Shown piece by piece: positions 8,568-17,640 of a stretch of DNA of 35,094 nt. Under the pieces are notes generated by a model. That model did not search any database and had not been told where the DNA came from. It saw only the letters and a program-made list of their open reading frames with translations. A program made the translations under genes and the position numbers. Origin of the DNA: Treponema sp. (GTDB lineage Bacteria; Spirochaetota; Spirochaetia; Treponematales; Breznakiellaceae). The stretch is taken from assembly GCA_031284195.1 (NCBI GenBank), contig JAITAI010000242.1, positions 1 to 35,094 of the forward strand. Reading direction: 5' to 3'. Numbering within the stretch: the first letter of the stretch is position 1; each line of letters opens with the position of its first letter.

Positions 8568-9779
8568 TCATAGGCTTGAGGGCTTTGAAGGTTTTCTTTT
8601 TTTCCCAAGAAAGGCCCGGACTATGACTAAGATTCCTTGGAATAAGAAGGGTTCCATCCGTTTCCGTACCGCGACAAGGGACTGCATGATGGGGAGATGC
8701 TGGGGACAATGGCCTTCGCATTTGCCGCATTGAGCACAAAGCCCAGGACCGCTCCGGCGCTCCGAAGTTATCCCCGTACTTGATATGTATTGCTGCATTC
8801 CGCTTATAAAGCCCATGGAAAAGGAGGTGTTGTACGCGGCAAAACTACCGGGAATATTCACTCCCCGGGGACAGGGCATACAGTAGTTACAGCCGGTACA
8901 GCGGATCTTATAGGCTCTATTGAACACTTGCAAGACCTGCTGGTAGATTTTGTGTTCCTCGCCGGTAAGCATCTGGGGAAAGGCCTTATTCGCCAATGTT
9001 AGATTTTCCTCAAGCTGGCGAAGCTCTTGCATACCGGACAAGAGGAGGGATACTTCCCGCTGATCCCAGACCCACCTCAGGGCCCAGCCTGCAGGACTCA
9101 GTTCTGGATTCGCTCTTTTGAATAGCTCCTGAGCTTCCTTGGGGAGACCTGTCGCGAGTTTCCCCCCCAGGAGGGGTTCCATCACCATAACAGACATCCG
9201 CTCTGCGGCTTTTCTTAAGCCCACTTTACCGGCCTGAAAATTTTCATCCGAATAATTATACTGGATCTGACAGAACTCCCAAGGATAGGCGTCGATAAGT
9301 TTGAGAAATTCCTGTTGGGATCCATGAAAAGAGAAGCCGATGCGTTTAATACGGCCGTTTTTTTTCTGCTCTTGGATCCACCCTTCGATTCCCCAACTCC
9401 GTAATTTGTCCCAGAGGTCCATATCGGTGATCATATGCATGAGGTAATAATCGATATAAGAGGTCCGCAGCCGTTCCAACTGCTTGGTAAACAGTTTATC
9501 AAAATCTTTAGGACCGCGGAGCAAGATCAAAGGCAGCTTGGTGGCGATGTACACGTTCTCTCGGACCTGATAGTGTTCCAGGATTTTTCCTAAAGCCTCT
9601 TCGCTTCCGGGATATAGATAGGCGGTATCAAAATAATTTACCCCTCTATTGATGGCCTCCATGATAAGGTTCCCGGTTTTCTGCATATCAATCGCTCCAA
9701 GATGTTTAGGAAACCGCATACAGCCGAATCCCAACACCGACAGTTTATTACCGGATTGCTTGTCTAGTCTGAATTGCAT
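8568..9779 (-). CDS. aldo/keto reductase fused to a C-terminal 4Fe-4S binding domain
   Basis: 403 aa. AKR N-terminus LGFGCMRFP...GVNYFDTAYLYPGSEEALG. C-terminal Cys clusters CTGCNYCMPCP and CAQCGKCEGHCP. Confidence 0.85.
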   Translation of the reverse strand: MQFRLDKQSGNKLSVLGFGCMRFPKHLGAIDMQKTGNLIMEAINRGVNYFDTAYLYPGSEEALGKILEHYQVRENVYIATKLPLILLRGPKDFDKLFTKQLERLRTSYIDYYLMHMITDMDLWDKLRSWGIEGWIQEQKKNGRIKRIGFSFHGSQQEFLKLIDAYPWEFCQIQYNYSDENFQAGKVGLRKAAERMSVMVMEPLLGGKLATGLPKEAQELFKRANPELSPAGWALRWVWDQREVSLLLSGMQELRQLEENLTLANKAFPQMLTGEEHKIYQQVLQVFNRAYKIRCTGCNYCMPCPRGVNIPGSFAAYNTSFSMGFISGMQQYISSTGITSERRSGPGLCAQCGKCEGHCPQHLPIMQSLVAVRKRMEPFLFQGILVIVRAFLGKKRKPSKPSSL

Positions 9780-9975
9780 GTAACTCCTCCATAATACGCA
9801 TAAGGTTCGGTTCTATCCCATCCTCGTCTTCCTACTATAACGCTTTTTATTACCTTGCAAAACCCTTTAAGCTATGGGTCCTAGGCACCATAAACTATAA
9901 GTTCCGCCTGAAGGAGTATGGGAAAATCACCGGAATAGTATAGTAAAAAAAATACAGAGGAACTATAGTAAAATA

Positions 9976-11463
9976 ATGGATCTTCCTTATTATAACCCTC
10001 AACATGAAAGTACCGGGGATTATGACGTGGCTATTATCGGCTGTGGGGTCTCAGGGGCTAACATCGCCCGGCGCCTTTCGGCGTATACCCTCAGGATTGG
10101 GGTACTGGAAAAAGCAGCAGATGTTTCTTTTGGGACTTCTAAGGCGAATTCGGGAATCGTTCATGGAGGTTTTCACCATCATAAGCAGTACCTCAAAACC
10201 CGGCTTGAAGTCCAGGGGAACCGCATGTTCGATAAGCTACAGCAGGAACTCAAATTTCCTTTTAAACGGTGCGGTATCATCGTAGCTGCTCTGCATGATG
10301 ATGAGCTTAAGGCCGTAGAGTACCTCTATATGCAGGGAGTAGAAAACCAGGTCATTGGTATTGAGTTATGCTCCCGGGACCGAATCCTGGAATTGGAGCC
10401 CAAGCTTTCCCCGGATGTGGTAGGGGGGCTTTACGCCCCAGGAGGGGGCATCATTGAGCCGTACCGTTTTGTATTTGCCTTGGTTGAGTCTGCTTTAAAG
10501 AACGGGGTGCACCTGTACACTAATTATAAGGTAACTGAGGCCCAATACATTGCTGAGCCGACAGCGGGAAACAGAAGTCTCTGGACCATTCAGGCCGCGG
10601 ACGGCAGGAAGATCCGGGCCCGGTATGTGGTTAATGCTGCAGGCTTGTTCGCCGATGAGGTGTCGCGGATTTTTGGAGGGGAAACCTTTTCCATCACCCC
10701 TCGAAAGGGAGAATACTTCCTCTTGGATAAGCAGACCAAAGCCCGGCCTGAACGGGTGGTTTTTCCGGTACCTACTGCGGTATCCAAAGGTATGCTGGTA
10801 ATTCCTACGGTGGAGGGGACCGTATTAGTGGGACCTACTGCAGAGGATGTGAATGACAAGGAGGATTGTGCTACCACCACTGAACGACTAGAGCAGATCC
10901 TCCAGGCAGGTAAGACCATGATCCCTGCCTTGAATCAGCATGACGTGATTACCAATTTTGCAGGGCTCAGACCCTGTTTGGGAGAGGATTTCTACATTGA
11001 GGCTTCAAAAAAAGCCCCCGCATTGGTGCAGGTCGCAGGGATCCAGTCCCCTGGCTTGACCGCATCCCCGGCAATCGGGGAGTACGTCAAAGACATTCTT
11101 AAAGCTATGGGGCTGACCTTAACGGAAAAACCCCTATGGGACCCCTTGGTAGAGGAACGGCCCCGGGCACGGGATCTTGCTCCTTTTGAGCTGGATCAGC
11201 TCATCACCAAAGATCCGGCCTGGGGGAACCTGATCTGCCGTTGTGAACAGGTAAGCGAAGCGGAAATAATCCAGGCGCTGCGTCTAGGGCATCATACCCT
11301 GGACGGGATCAAGTACTTTACCCGGGCACAAATGGGCCGTTGTCAGGGGGGATTTTGTACCTATAAGATCATCCAGCTCATCATGCAGGAGACCGGTCTA
11401 TCTTGGAAAGAAATCACCAAACACGGTGGAGCAAGCCCTGTATTAGAGGCAGCCTTGTCATGA
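9976..11463 (+). CDS. FAD-dependent oxidoreductase, GlpA/LhgO-like, with a BFD-like [2Fe-2S] domain
   Basis: 495 aa. Dinucleotide fold DVAIIGCGVSGANIARRL. C-terminal CRCEQVSEAEI...RAQMGRCQGGFC, a BFD-like Cys pattern. Confidence 0.85.
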   Translation: MDLPYYNPQHESTGDYDVAIIGCGVSGANIARRLSAYTLRIGVLEKAADVSFGTSKANSGIVHGGFHHHKQYLKTRLEVQGNRMFDKLQQELKFPFKRCGIIVAALHDDELKAVEYLYMQGVENQVIGIELCSRDRILELEPKLSPDVVGGLYAPGGGIIEPYRFVFALVESALKNGVHLYTNYKVTEAQYIAEPTAGNRSLWTIQAADGRKIRARYVVNAAGLFADEVSRIFGGETFSITPRKGEYFLLDKQTKARPERVVFPVPTAVSKGMLVIPTVEGTVLVGPTAEDVNDKEDCATTTERLEQILQAGKTMIPALNQHDVITNFAGLRPCLGEDFYIEASKKAPALVQVAGIQSPGLTASPAIGEYVKDILKAMGLTLTEKPLWDPLVEERPRARDLAPFELDQLITKDPAWGNLICRCEQVSEAEIIQALRLGHHTLDGIKYFTRAQMGRCQGGFCTYKIIQLIMQETGLSWKEITKHGGASPVLEAALS

Positions 11464-12725
11464 AAGCGCTTTATTATGATGCCGTGGTGATAGGCGGAGG
11501 TGCAGCCGGTATGGCTTCGGCCTTGGCACTGGATGCCGCAGGTTTTTCTACTGCTATTATTGAACGGGAAGAACAGCTCGGGGGAATCCTCCTGCAGTGT
11601 ATTCACAACGGCTTTGGGTTGCATGAATTTGCAGAAGAACTCACCGGCCCTGAATTTGCAGAACGGTTTATCGAAAAAACGAAGGTATCTCGGATTACCT
11701 GTTATCTCCATACTACCGTACTATCCCTGCGCCCGGTTGGTTCCGTTCATACCGATGACCGAGAGAAGGAACTGTACTGTGTGTCCCCCCAGGGGGTGCT
11801 GCATATCCGTGCCCGGGCAGTGGTTCTTGCCATGGGTTGCCGGGAACGGAACCGGGGTAATGTGCGGATCCCCGGCTCTCGCCCTGCCGGGGTGTATACC
11901 GCAGGGCTGGCCCAGCGGCTGGTGAATATTGAGGGCTACATCCCCGGTAAGGAAGTGGTGATCATTGGATCTGGAGATATTGGTCTCATTATGGCCCGAC
12001 GTATGAGTTGGGTTGGCTGTCAGGTTAAGGCAGTGGTGGAGATCCTGCCCTACCCTGCAGGGCTTACCCGGAATATCGTCCAATGCCTCCACGACTTTGC
12101 CATCCCGCTCTACCTCTCCTCGCAGATCACTCGGATCTTTGGCAATGACCGGGTAGAGGGGGTAGCGGTAAGCCCTCTCGAAAAGGGCGTTTTAGTCCCG
12201 GACAAAGGTTTCCGCATTGATTGTGATACGCTGCTCTTTGCAGTGGGTCTGGTCCCGGAAAATGAGCTTTCCAAGGACGCGGGGGTGGAACTCTACAGTG
12301 CCACAGGAGGGCCTTTGGTGGATTCTTTCCTTATGACCAACCTGGAAGGGGTCTTTGCATGCGGCAATGTGCTCCATGTTCACGACCTAGTGGACTGGGT
12401 TACTGAGGAAGGGAGGCGTGCAGGGGCGTATGCGGCAGAATGGCTCAAGGGGGCGCGGCCTTTGGTACAGATTCGCACCAAGGCCGGTACCAATGTGCGG
12501 TATGTGAATCCTGGAAAACTCAATCCCCAGGAGGATACGAGGGTCTATCTCCGATCCCTCATAGTGAAAAATCACGGGGTCCTGGAATTACGGATGGATA
12601 ATCGGGTCATCAAAACCATCCGGCAAGGGCATGTTCAGCCTTCGGAGATGATCCAGGTACCGATCCACTCCAAGGATTTGGAGGGTTTTACCCGAGACTC
12701 GGTTCTGGAGTTTGGGCTGGCGTAA
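11460..12725 (+). CDS. NAD(P)/FAD-dependent (pyridine nucleotide-disulfide family) oxidoreductase, partner of the preceding gene
   Basis: Start taken at MKALYYDAVVIGGGAAGMASAL, which makes an ATGA overlap with the upstream stop. Second Rossmann motif VVIIGSGDIGL, then ACGNVLHVHDLVD. The ORF-track start at 11403 is probably too far upstream. Confidence 0.8.
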   Translation: MKALYYDAVVIGGGAAGMASALALDAAGFSTAIIEREEQLGGILLQCIHNGFGLHEFAEELTGPEFAERFIEKTKVSRITCYLHTTVLSLRPVGSVHTDDREKELYCVSPQGVLHIRARAVVLAMGCRERNRGNVRIPGSRPAGVYTAGLAQRLVNIEGYIPGKEVVIIGSGDIGLIMARRMSWVGCQVKAVVEILPYPAGLTRNIVQCLHDFAIPLYLSSQITRIFGNDRVEGVAVSPLEKGVLVPDKGFRIDCDTLLFAVGLVPENELSKDAGVELYSATGGPLVDSFLMTNLEGVFACGNVLHVHDLVDWVTEEGRRAGAYAAEWLKGARPLVQIRTKAGTNVRYVNPGKLNPQEDTRVYLRSLIVKNHGVLELRMDNRVIKTIRQGHVQPSEMIQVPIHSKDLEGFTRDSVLEFGLA

Positions 12726-12777
12726 AAGGTCTTTCCTGATGAAACTAACCGGATTTCCCTTAACGTATACATCCTTT

Positions 12778-12893
12778 CGCAATTATCCCCTGACGCATAA
12801 CCGATCATAATCAGAGGTCAGACATAGCCTATGTCAGAAGCCTGTCCCGATCGCCGAACCCGGTGAAGGGGTATACAGCAAGGGATAATTGCG
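12778..12893 (+). promoter_or_regulatory. candidate structured leader or operator region upstream of the exbB-like gene
   Basis: Perfect 12-bp long-range complement: CGCAATTATCCC at 12778-12789 pairs with GGGATAATTGCG at 12882-12893. It encloses a 21-bp near-palindrome TCAGACATAGCCTATGTCAGA at 12818-12838. The 3' arm is followed by CATCCTTTTT. No known riboswitch class recognised. Confidence 0.25.
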
Positions 12894-13162
12894 CATCCTT
12901 TTTAGAAAACGGAAGATCTTTAGGAAGGGTTTCAGCCTAATAGAGAGGGCCGCCGGTGACTTCCATTACCTCCTGAGGGTAGATTTTTTTATGTTGTTCA
13001 TACAAAAAATACCGGTTTCTGGGATCCTTTGGTCTTTTTATATGGGTTGTACTTGTGTGTTAGGAGTATAAGCGCCTGCTGGAGGCAAAGGACATACAAA
13101 CGCCAAGAGAACCTCCGTCCCCTCTTGAAGTACCCGTTGAATACCGGTATTATAGACCCATT

Positions 13163-13879
13163 ATGGAAAGCGAGAGTACTTCATTTTCGTTATTGACGCT
13201 TTTTCAAATGGGCGGTCTTTTCATGTGGCCTCTGCTTTTCTTTTCAATTGCGACCGTGGCCATCGCCTTGGAGCGGGCAGTGTATCTGTTGTACCACAAC
13301 TTACGGCTGGATGATCTCAAAGCCCAGGTACAGGAATGCCTACAAAGGGATAAGCTCCCTGAAGCCCAACAGTATTTGGCCGGTTTGACTAGACGCCGGA
13401 TAGGAGCGAGGATCCTGCTCACCCTGGTAAACCGGGCGGAACTACCGGAACATCAGATAGAAAAAGCCATCGAAGCCGAAGCCATGAGTTGTATCAATTC
13501 CTTGGAAAACGGCTTCAATTTTCTTACTGCCCTGGGTTCCCTCTCGCCCCTCACAGGGTTCCTGGGAACTGTTTCCGGGATGATCGGCGCCTTCAAATCC
13601 ATTGCAGAAGCCACCGACGTGAACGCCCAGATTGTGGCAAACGGTATCTATGAGGCATTGATTACCACCGTGTTTGGCCTTATTATCGCCCTGATCGCTA
13701 TGGTGGCTCATTCACTCTTTACTCATATTGTAGATAAATTCGCCGCGGAAGTGGAAAAAACCTGTTCGGACCTTATCATGGAACTTACCGCGCCCAAAGG
13801 GGAGCCGGGTTTGAATATCCGGCGGCTCTTACCAAAGCCTTCCCAGGCGGATATACTTCCCTTGGAAGACTATACGTAA
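13163..13879 (+). CDS. MotA/TolQ/ExbB proton-channel family protein
   Basis: 238 aa. Three predicted TM segments and the family core LGTVSGMIGAFKSIA...ANGIYEALITTVFGLIIAL. No ExbD/TolR/TonB ORF follows. Confidence 0.85.
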   Translation: MESESTSFSLLTLFQMGGLFMWPLLFFSIATVAIALERAVYLLYHNLRLDDLKAQVQECLQRDKLPEAQQYLAGLTRRRIGARILLTLVNRAELPEHQIEKAIEAEAMSCINSLENGFNFLTALGSLSPLTGFLGTVSGMIGAFKSIAEATDVNAQIVANGIYEALITTVFGLIIALIAMVAHSLFTHIVDKFAAEVEKTCSDLIMELTAPKGEPGLNIRRLLPKPSQADILPLEDYT

Positions 13880-14089
13880 GGCTGAGCAGAAGTCTACCAG
13901 CATCAAAATACGTTGGGTGCTTTTTTTGCTTGTTGCCGGATTACTTTCAGCTAAAACCGTGGTAACCCTTGAGCTGGTGATAGGGTTAAATAGGGAATGC
14001 CGAAAGCCTCTGGAAGTTTTTCTCAGTTTATGCCGGCAAGTTAGGGATAGCCTTTCTCCCTGCCTTTAGTTACGGTACGCCTTATGGGT

Positions 14090-15085
14090 TCACGTTTTCC
14101 GGGCTGTGGATTCCCGGATGATAAGTTTATACGGAAGGATCATATCCGTCCCGGTTCCCCAGCTGCCGTTGATAAGTTTATGCAAGGTAAGGGCGGTCTG
14201 TTCTCCGATTTCATCCAAAGGCTGCCGTATGGTGGTGAGTCGGGGTATGAGATAATCCGCGATTTCGATATCATCGAATCCGACCACGGAAATATCCTCA
14301 GGTACCCGCAGTCCCTCATCCTTTAAAACCCGTAAGGCCCCGATAGCCAGTTCATCCGTAGCGGCAAAGAGGGCGGAAAAATCCCGATCCCGGAGTAAGA
14401 ATTCCCGCATACCGTACATACCGAATTCGATGGTATAATAGGGGACCTGGATCAGCCGGTTTTCATTGCGCTCAAGCCCTGCGGCTTCGTGGGCTTGAAA
14501 GAATCCTTCAGCCCGCTGCCTGCCAAAGGAAAAGCCGCCACCGCTTATCATGCAGATCTTCCGATGCCCCAGGCTGATAAGATGGCTCACCGCATCAAAG
14601 GCAGCCTGTTCCTCATTGACATGAATAGAGAGAACCCCTTGGGTACTGAAGGTAGTGGCCACCAGGGGAAGCTTCATTTTAAGAGCGTATGCATAAAACT
14701 GAGGGTCTTTCATCTCATGGATCATGATGATGCCGTCGAGGGCTTCTGACTTTAAACGGGCAAGACAGACTTCTTCACTGGCGCCGTCAAATTGCACAAA
14801 GAAAAAGAGGGTGTGATACCCAAAAAATTCAAGCCGCCGTTCAATAACGGAGAAAAGCTGGCGTTGAAACAGGTTAAAGGTATCAGTGATGATGATCCCT
14901 ACGGTAAAACTTCGCTGTAACACCATGCTCCGAGCCGCTTTATTCGGCACATATCCGGTTTCTTCTATTATTTTAAGAATCTGGTCCCGCTTTTCCGGAT
15001 TTACGTTGTGTTTTCCATTAATCACCCGGGAAACTGTAGCCGGGGACATCCCCGCCTGTTTCGCAATATCTTTGATGCTAACCAT
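14090..15085 (-). CDS. LacI-family transcriptional regulator (candidate inositol-locus repressor)
   Basis: 331 aa. N-terminal HTH IKDIAKQAGMSPATVSRVINGKHNV, followed by a periplasmic-binding-protein-like sugar-binding core. Confidence 0.9.
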   Translation of the reverse strand: MVSIKDIAKQAGMSPATVSRVINGKHNVNPEKRDQILKIIEETGYVPNKAARSMVLQRSFTVGIIITDTFNLFQRQLFSVIERRLEFFGYHTLFFFVQFDGASEEVCLARLKSEALDGIIMIHEMKDPQFYAYALKMKLPLVATTFSTQGVLSIHVNEEQAAFDAVSHLISLGHRKICMISGGGFSFGRQRAEGFFQAHEAAGLERNENRLIQVPYYTIEFGMYGMREFLLRDRDFSALFAATDELAIGALRVLKDEGLRVPEDISVVGFDDIEIADYLIPRLTTIRQPLDEIGEQTALTLHKLINGSWGTGTDMILPYKLIIRESTARKT

Positions 15086-15255
15086 ACGCTTCCCTTTACG
15101 TTTCTTGCCCTATGGTATATAAATTACCTATTAAGTACAAGCCAGGCCCCAGGGCAACAGCATTAAAAACATGGTCCATCTCTTTCATGGACTAGCAAGG
15201 GTTTTGGTATGAAAAATCCCCCGTAATTCGCGGACCTTGCTGCAACTCTATTAGG

Positions 15256-15294
15256 GTTTATGCTGGTAGCCTTTCAAAGGCCACCGGCATAAAC
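15256..15294. other. long imperfect hairpin between the dehydrogenase gene and the lacI-family gene
   Basis: GTTTATGC at 15256-15263 pairs with GCATAAAC at 15287-15294, and the inner GCCTT-TCA-AAGGC also pairs. No U-run on either strand, so terminator function is uncertain. Confidence 0.4.
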
Positions 15295-15503
15295 GCCTCT
15301 CTTCTATAGGCGTAGAAGGAAGGGCTGACCCCATTCCAGGATTTTACCTTCAAAAAGAGCAAGTCCTGGTCAGTGGTTGGCGGAATAATCCTGACCTTTG
15401 CAGCCTGTAGCCAGTTTACGTATGAGGGGGCCCTTGAAAAAAACCTCCAGCCCCTCCAAAAAAGTTCTATACGGGATACAGTAGGCCTCTAAAAAGTACT
15501 TCC

Positions 15504-16517
15504 CTAAAACCGGACCAGTTCCCCGGTTTCAAAAGCTCGCTTACAGGTATAGGCGATTTCTGAGACCCGGGTTCCGTCGTATACAGAAACCCGGGGCTTT
15601 TGCCCGCTGACGATACAATCGACAAATTCCTGGATCTCGTTACAATAAGCATCACTGAAGCGTTCCAGGAAGTTTTCACTGCACTCCCGCCGCACCCCAT
15701 GACGATCGAGGACTTCCACCAGGTTTTTCTGAGGTACCGAAGCGATACGGAGGATACCCTTGGTACCGATGATCTCCGTTTCTACGTTATAGCCGTGAGG
15801 AGCAGTACGCCCTGCAAAGAGGAACACCATACAGCCGTTCTTAAACTGCATGAGGCAGGACACATTGTCCCCGTCTTGATATTGGGCAAATTCAGGATGA
15901 GCGTAACAGCCTCCAATGGCATACACCGTTTCCGGCTCGCTCCCGGTAAACCACCGGGCGAGATCGATGTCATGGACCGCCATGTCTAAGAATTGGCCTC
16001 CAGAGTGAGGGGCAAAGGCAATGGCTCCTGCAATAAACTTTTCCGGGTCTTGGCTGTAAGATCGGAACAACACAGGGTTGCCGATTTCCCCAGCCGCAAC
16101 TTTTTGCTGAGCATATTGGTAGGAACTATCGAAACGGCGCATAAAACCCAACATGAACACCAAATCAGGATGGGCCTCTACGGCTTTTTCCGCGGCTTTA
16201 CACTCCGCCACCGTAACCCCCAGGGGCTTTTCGGAAAACACATGTTTTCCTGCAGCTAGAGCTGCAGCAATCTGGGTGGTGTGAAGTCCCGAAGGGGAAA
16301 CCAGGACCACTGCGTCTAATTCTGATAAGGAAAGCATATCCTCAAACGCGGTGAACCGGTGGGGCACCCCTAGCTTATCTGCGGTTTGGTGTAATTTAGA
16401 CTTATCCACGTCACAGAGGGCCACCAGTTCGGCATGACGGATTTTAAGGGCGATGTTTTCGGCATGGGCTACACCTAAACGGCCAAGTCCCACAGAACCG
16501 ATACGAATTTTGTGCAT
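15504..16517 (-). CDS. Gfo/Idh/MocA-family oxidoreductase, inositol dehydrogenase-like paralog
   Basis: 337 aa. IRIGSVGLGRLGVAHAENI Rossmann motif, GKHVFSEKP and GFMRRFD. Last gene of the transporter operon. Confidence 0.8.
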   Translation of the reverse strand: MHKIRIGSVGLGRLGVAHAENIALKIRHAELVALCDVDKSKLHQTADKLGVPHRFTAFEDMLSLSELDAVVLVSPSGLHTTQIAAALAAGKHVFSEKPLGVTVAECKAAEKAVEAHPDLVFMLGFMRRFDSSYQYAQQKVAAGEIGNPVLFRSYSQDPEKFIAGAIAFAPHSGGQFLDMAVHDIDLARWFTGSEPETVYAIGGCYAHPEFAQYQDGDNVSCLMQFKNGCMVFLFAGRTAPHGYNVETEIIGTKGILRIASVPQKNLVEVLDRHGVRRECSENFLERFSDAYCNEIQEFVDCIVSGQKPRVSVYDGTRVSEIAYTCKRAFETGELVRF

Positions 16518-16539
16518 ATTTTTTTCTCCCTAAACTAAA

Positions 16540-16604
16540 ACAGGCAGGGAACCTAGGTCCCCTGCCTGTTCACGGTCATGAACTAAGGCTGTTCATGACC
16601 GTGA
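16540..16604 (-). other. two back-to-back near-perfect hairpins in the permease-dehydrogenase intercistronic spacer
   Basis: 16540-16569 is a 30-nt palindrome, ACAGGCAGGGAACCTAGGTCCCCTGCCTGT. In 16570-16604, TCACGGTCATGAAC pairs with GTTCATGACCGTGA around the loop TAAGGCT. Confidence 0.7.
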
Positions 16605-16629
16605 ACTAAGCATGAAATGATGGATCCCG

Positions 16630-17640
16630 TTAATCCCGTTTGGCGTTTTTTCTCATGTCGATGATGACCGCCCCAACGATGATGAGGCCCTCCACGACCT
16701 TCTGCCAATAAGCGTTTACCCCAAGGAGGGTAAGGCCGTTCCGCATCACCGAAAGGACCAAGGCCCCCACAAAAGCCCCTCCGATGGTACCAATGCCCCC
16801 GGAATGAGAGGTACCGCCGATGGTAGTCGCGGCAATGGCGGTCAATTCATAACCGTCTGCAGCTCCAGGATGAACGCTACCTACCCGGCCTGCAAAGACC
16901 ACTGCGGCAAGGCCTGCCAAAAGACCGCAGTACATGTAGATCATGACCAGATTCTTGGGCACATTCACCCCGGATACTTCTGCGGCAGTGATGTTCCCTC
17001 CGATGGCATAGGTGTTTTTGCCAAACCGGGTTTTATTTAACAAGATGTAACTTATCACAATCATGATAAAGTAAATGATAACTGGTATCGGGATGACGTT
17101 AAAAAGCTTCCCGCTTAAGGCCGTGAGGGAGGGGATCATGTTACTCACTGGCCGCCCCCCGGTGTAGATCAGGGCAAAGCCCCGGGACACGGTCATCATA
17201 CCCAAAGTAGCGATGAACGCGGGGATCCTGGTTTTAGCGATTAACAAGCCGCTGATACTCCCGCATACTCCGCCGATAATGAGGGCCGTCAGAATAGGCA
17301 CGATGACCGGCATCACCGGCAGGGAGGGAAAGTACTTTTCCGTGGCGGTAGCGGTTTGCGCAAGACTTGCGGCGATCACCCCGGAAAAAGCCAGGACCGA
17401 ACCCACCGAGAGGTCGATGCCCTTGGATATGATGACAAAGGTCATCCCCAAGGCCATAATGCCAAAGATGGAACTCTGGGTTAACACATTGAAGATATTG
17501 GTGGCGCTCAAGAATGCGGGCTGTACAATACTCAATAAGATGATCATGATCACCAGAACGATAATAATGCCATACTTCTTGGCAGTTTGCCCGATATTGA
17601 TATGTCCCATAGTAACCTTAGTTAAGGCTGCAGATTTCAT
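16630..17640 (-). CDS. sugar ABC transporter permease (RbsC/AraH-like, CUT2 family)
   Basis: 336 aa, about 9-10 hydrophobic segments, GIDLSVGS motif. The start abuts the ATPase stop. Confidence 0.9.
   Translation of the reverse strand: MKSAALTKVTMGHINIGQTAKKYGIIIVLVIMIILLSIVQPAFLSATNIFNVLTQSSIFGIMALGMTFVIISKGIDLSVGSVLAFSGVIAASLAQTATATEKYFPSLPVMPVIVPILTALIIGGVCGSISGLLIAKTRIPAFIATLGMMTVSRGFALIYTGGRPVSNMIPSLTALSGKLFNVIPIPVIIYFIMIVISYILLNKTRFGKNTYAIGGNITAAEVSGVNVPKNLVMIYMYCGLLAGLAAVVFAGRVGSVHPGAADGYELTAIAATTIGGTSHSGGIGTIGGAFVGALVLSVMRNGLTLLGVNAYWQKVVEGLIIVGAVIIDMRKNAKRD

Noticed and set aside
12726-13162. Decayed DUF1667 gene or a known riboswitch in the exbB leader
   Set aside because: Translations in the three plus-strand frames show no CxxC-type motifs beyond a short ACPDRR stretch. 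I could not match conserved cores of the TPP, cobalamin, FMN, SAM, c-di-GMP, glycine, purine or ZTP classes by eye. It is kept only as an unclassified structured region.
13880-14089. Rho-independent terminator after the exbB-like gene (T7 run near 13921-13927; TAACCCT/AGGGTTA stem within about 13959-13992)
   Set aside because: The stem preceding the T-run is only about 4 bp, and the 7-bp stem has no T-run. Neither meets normal terminator criteria.
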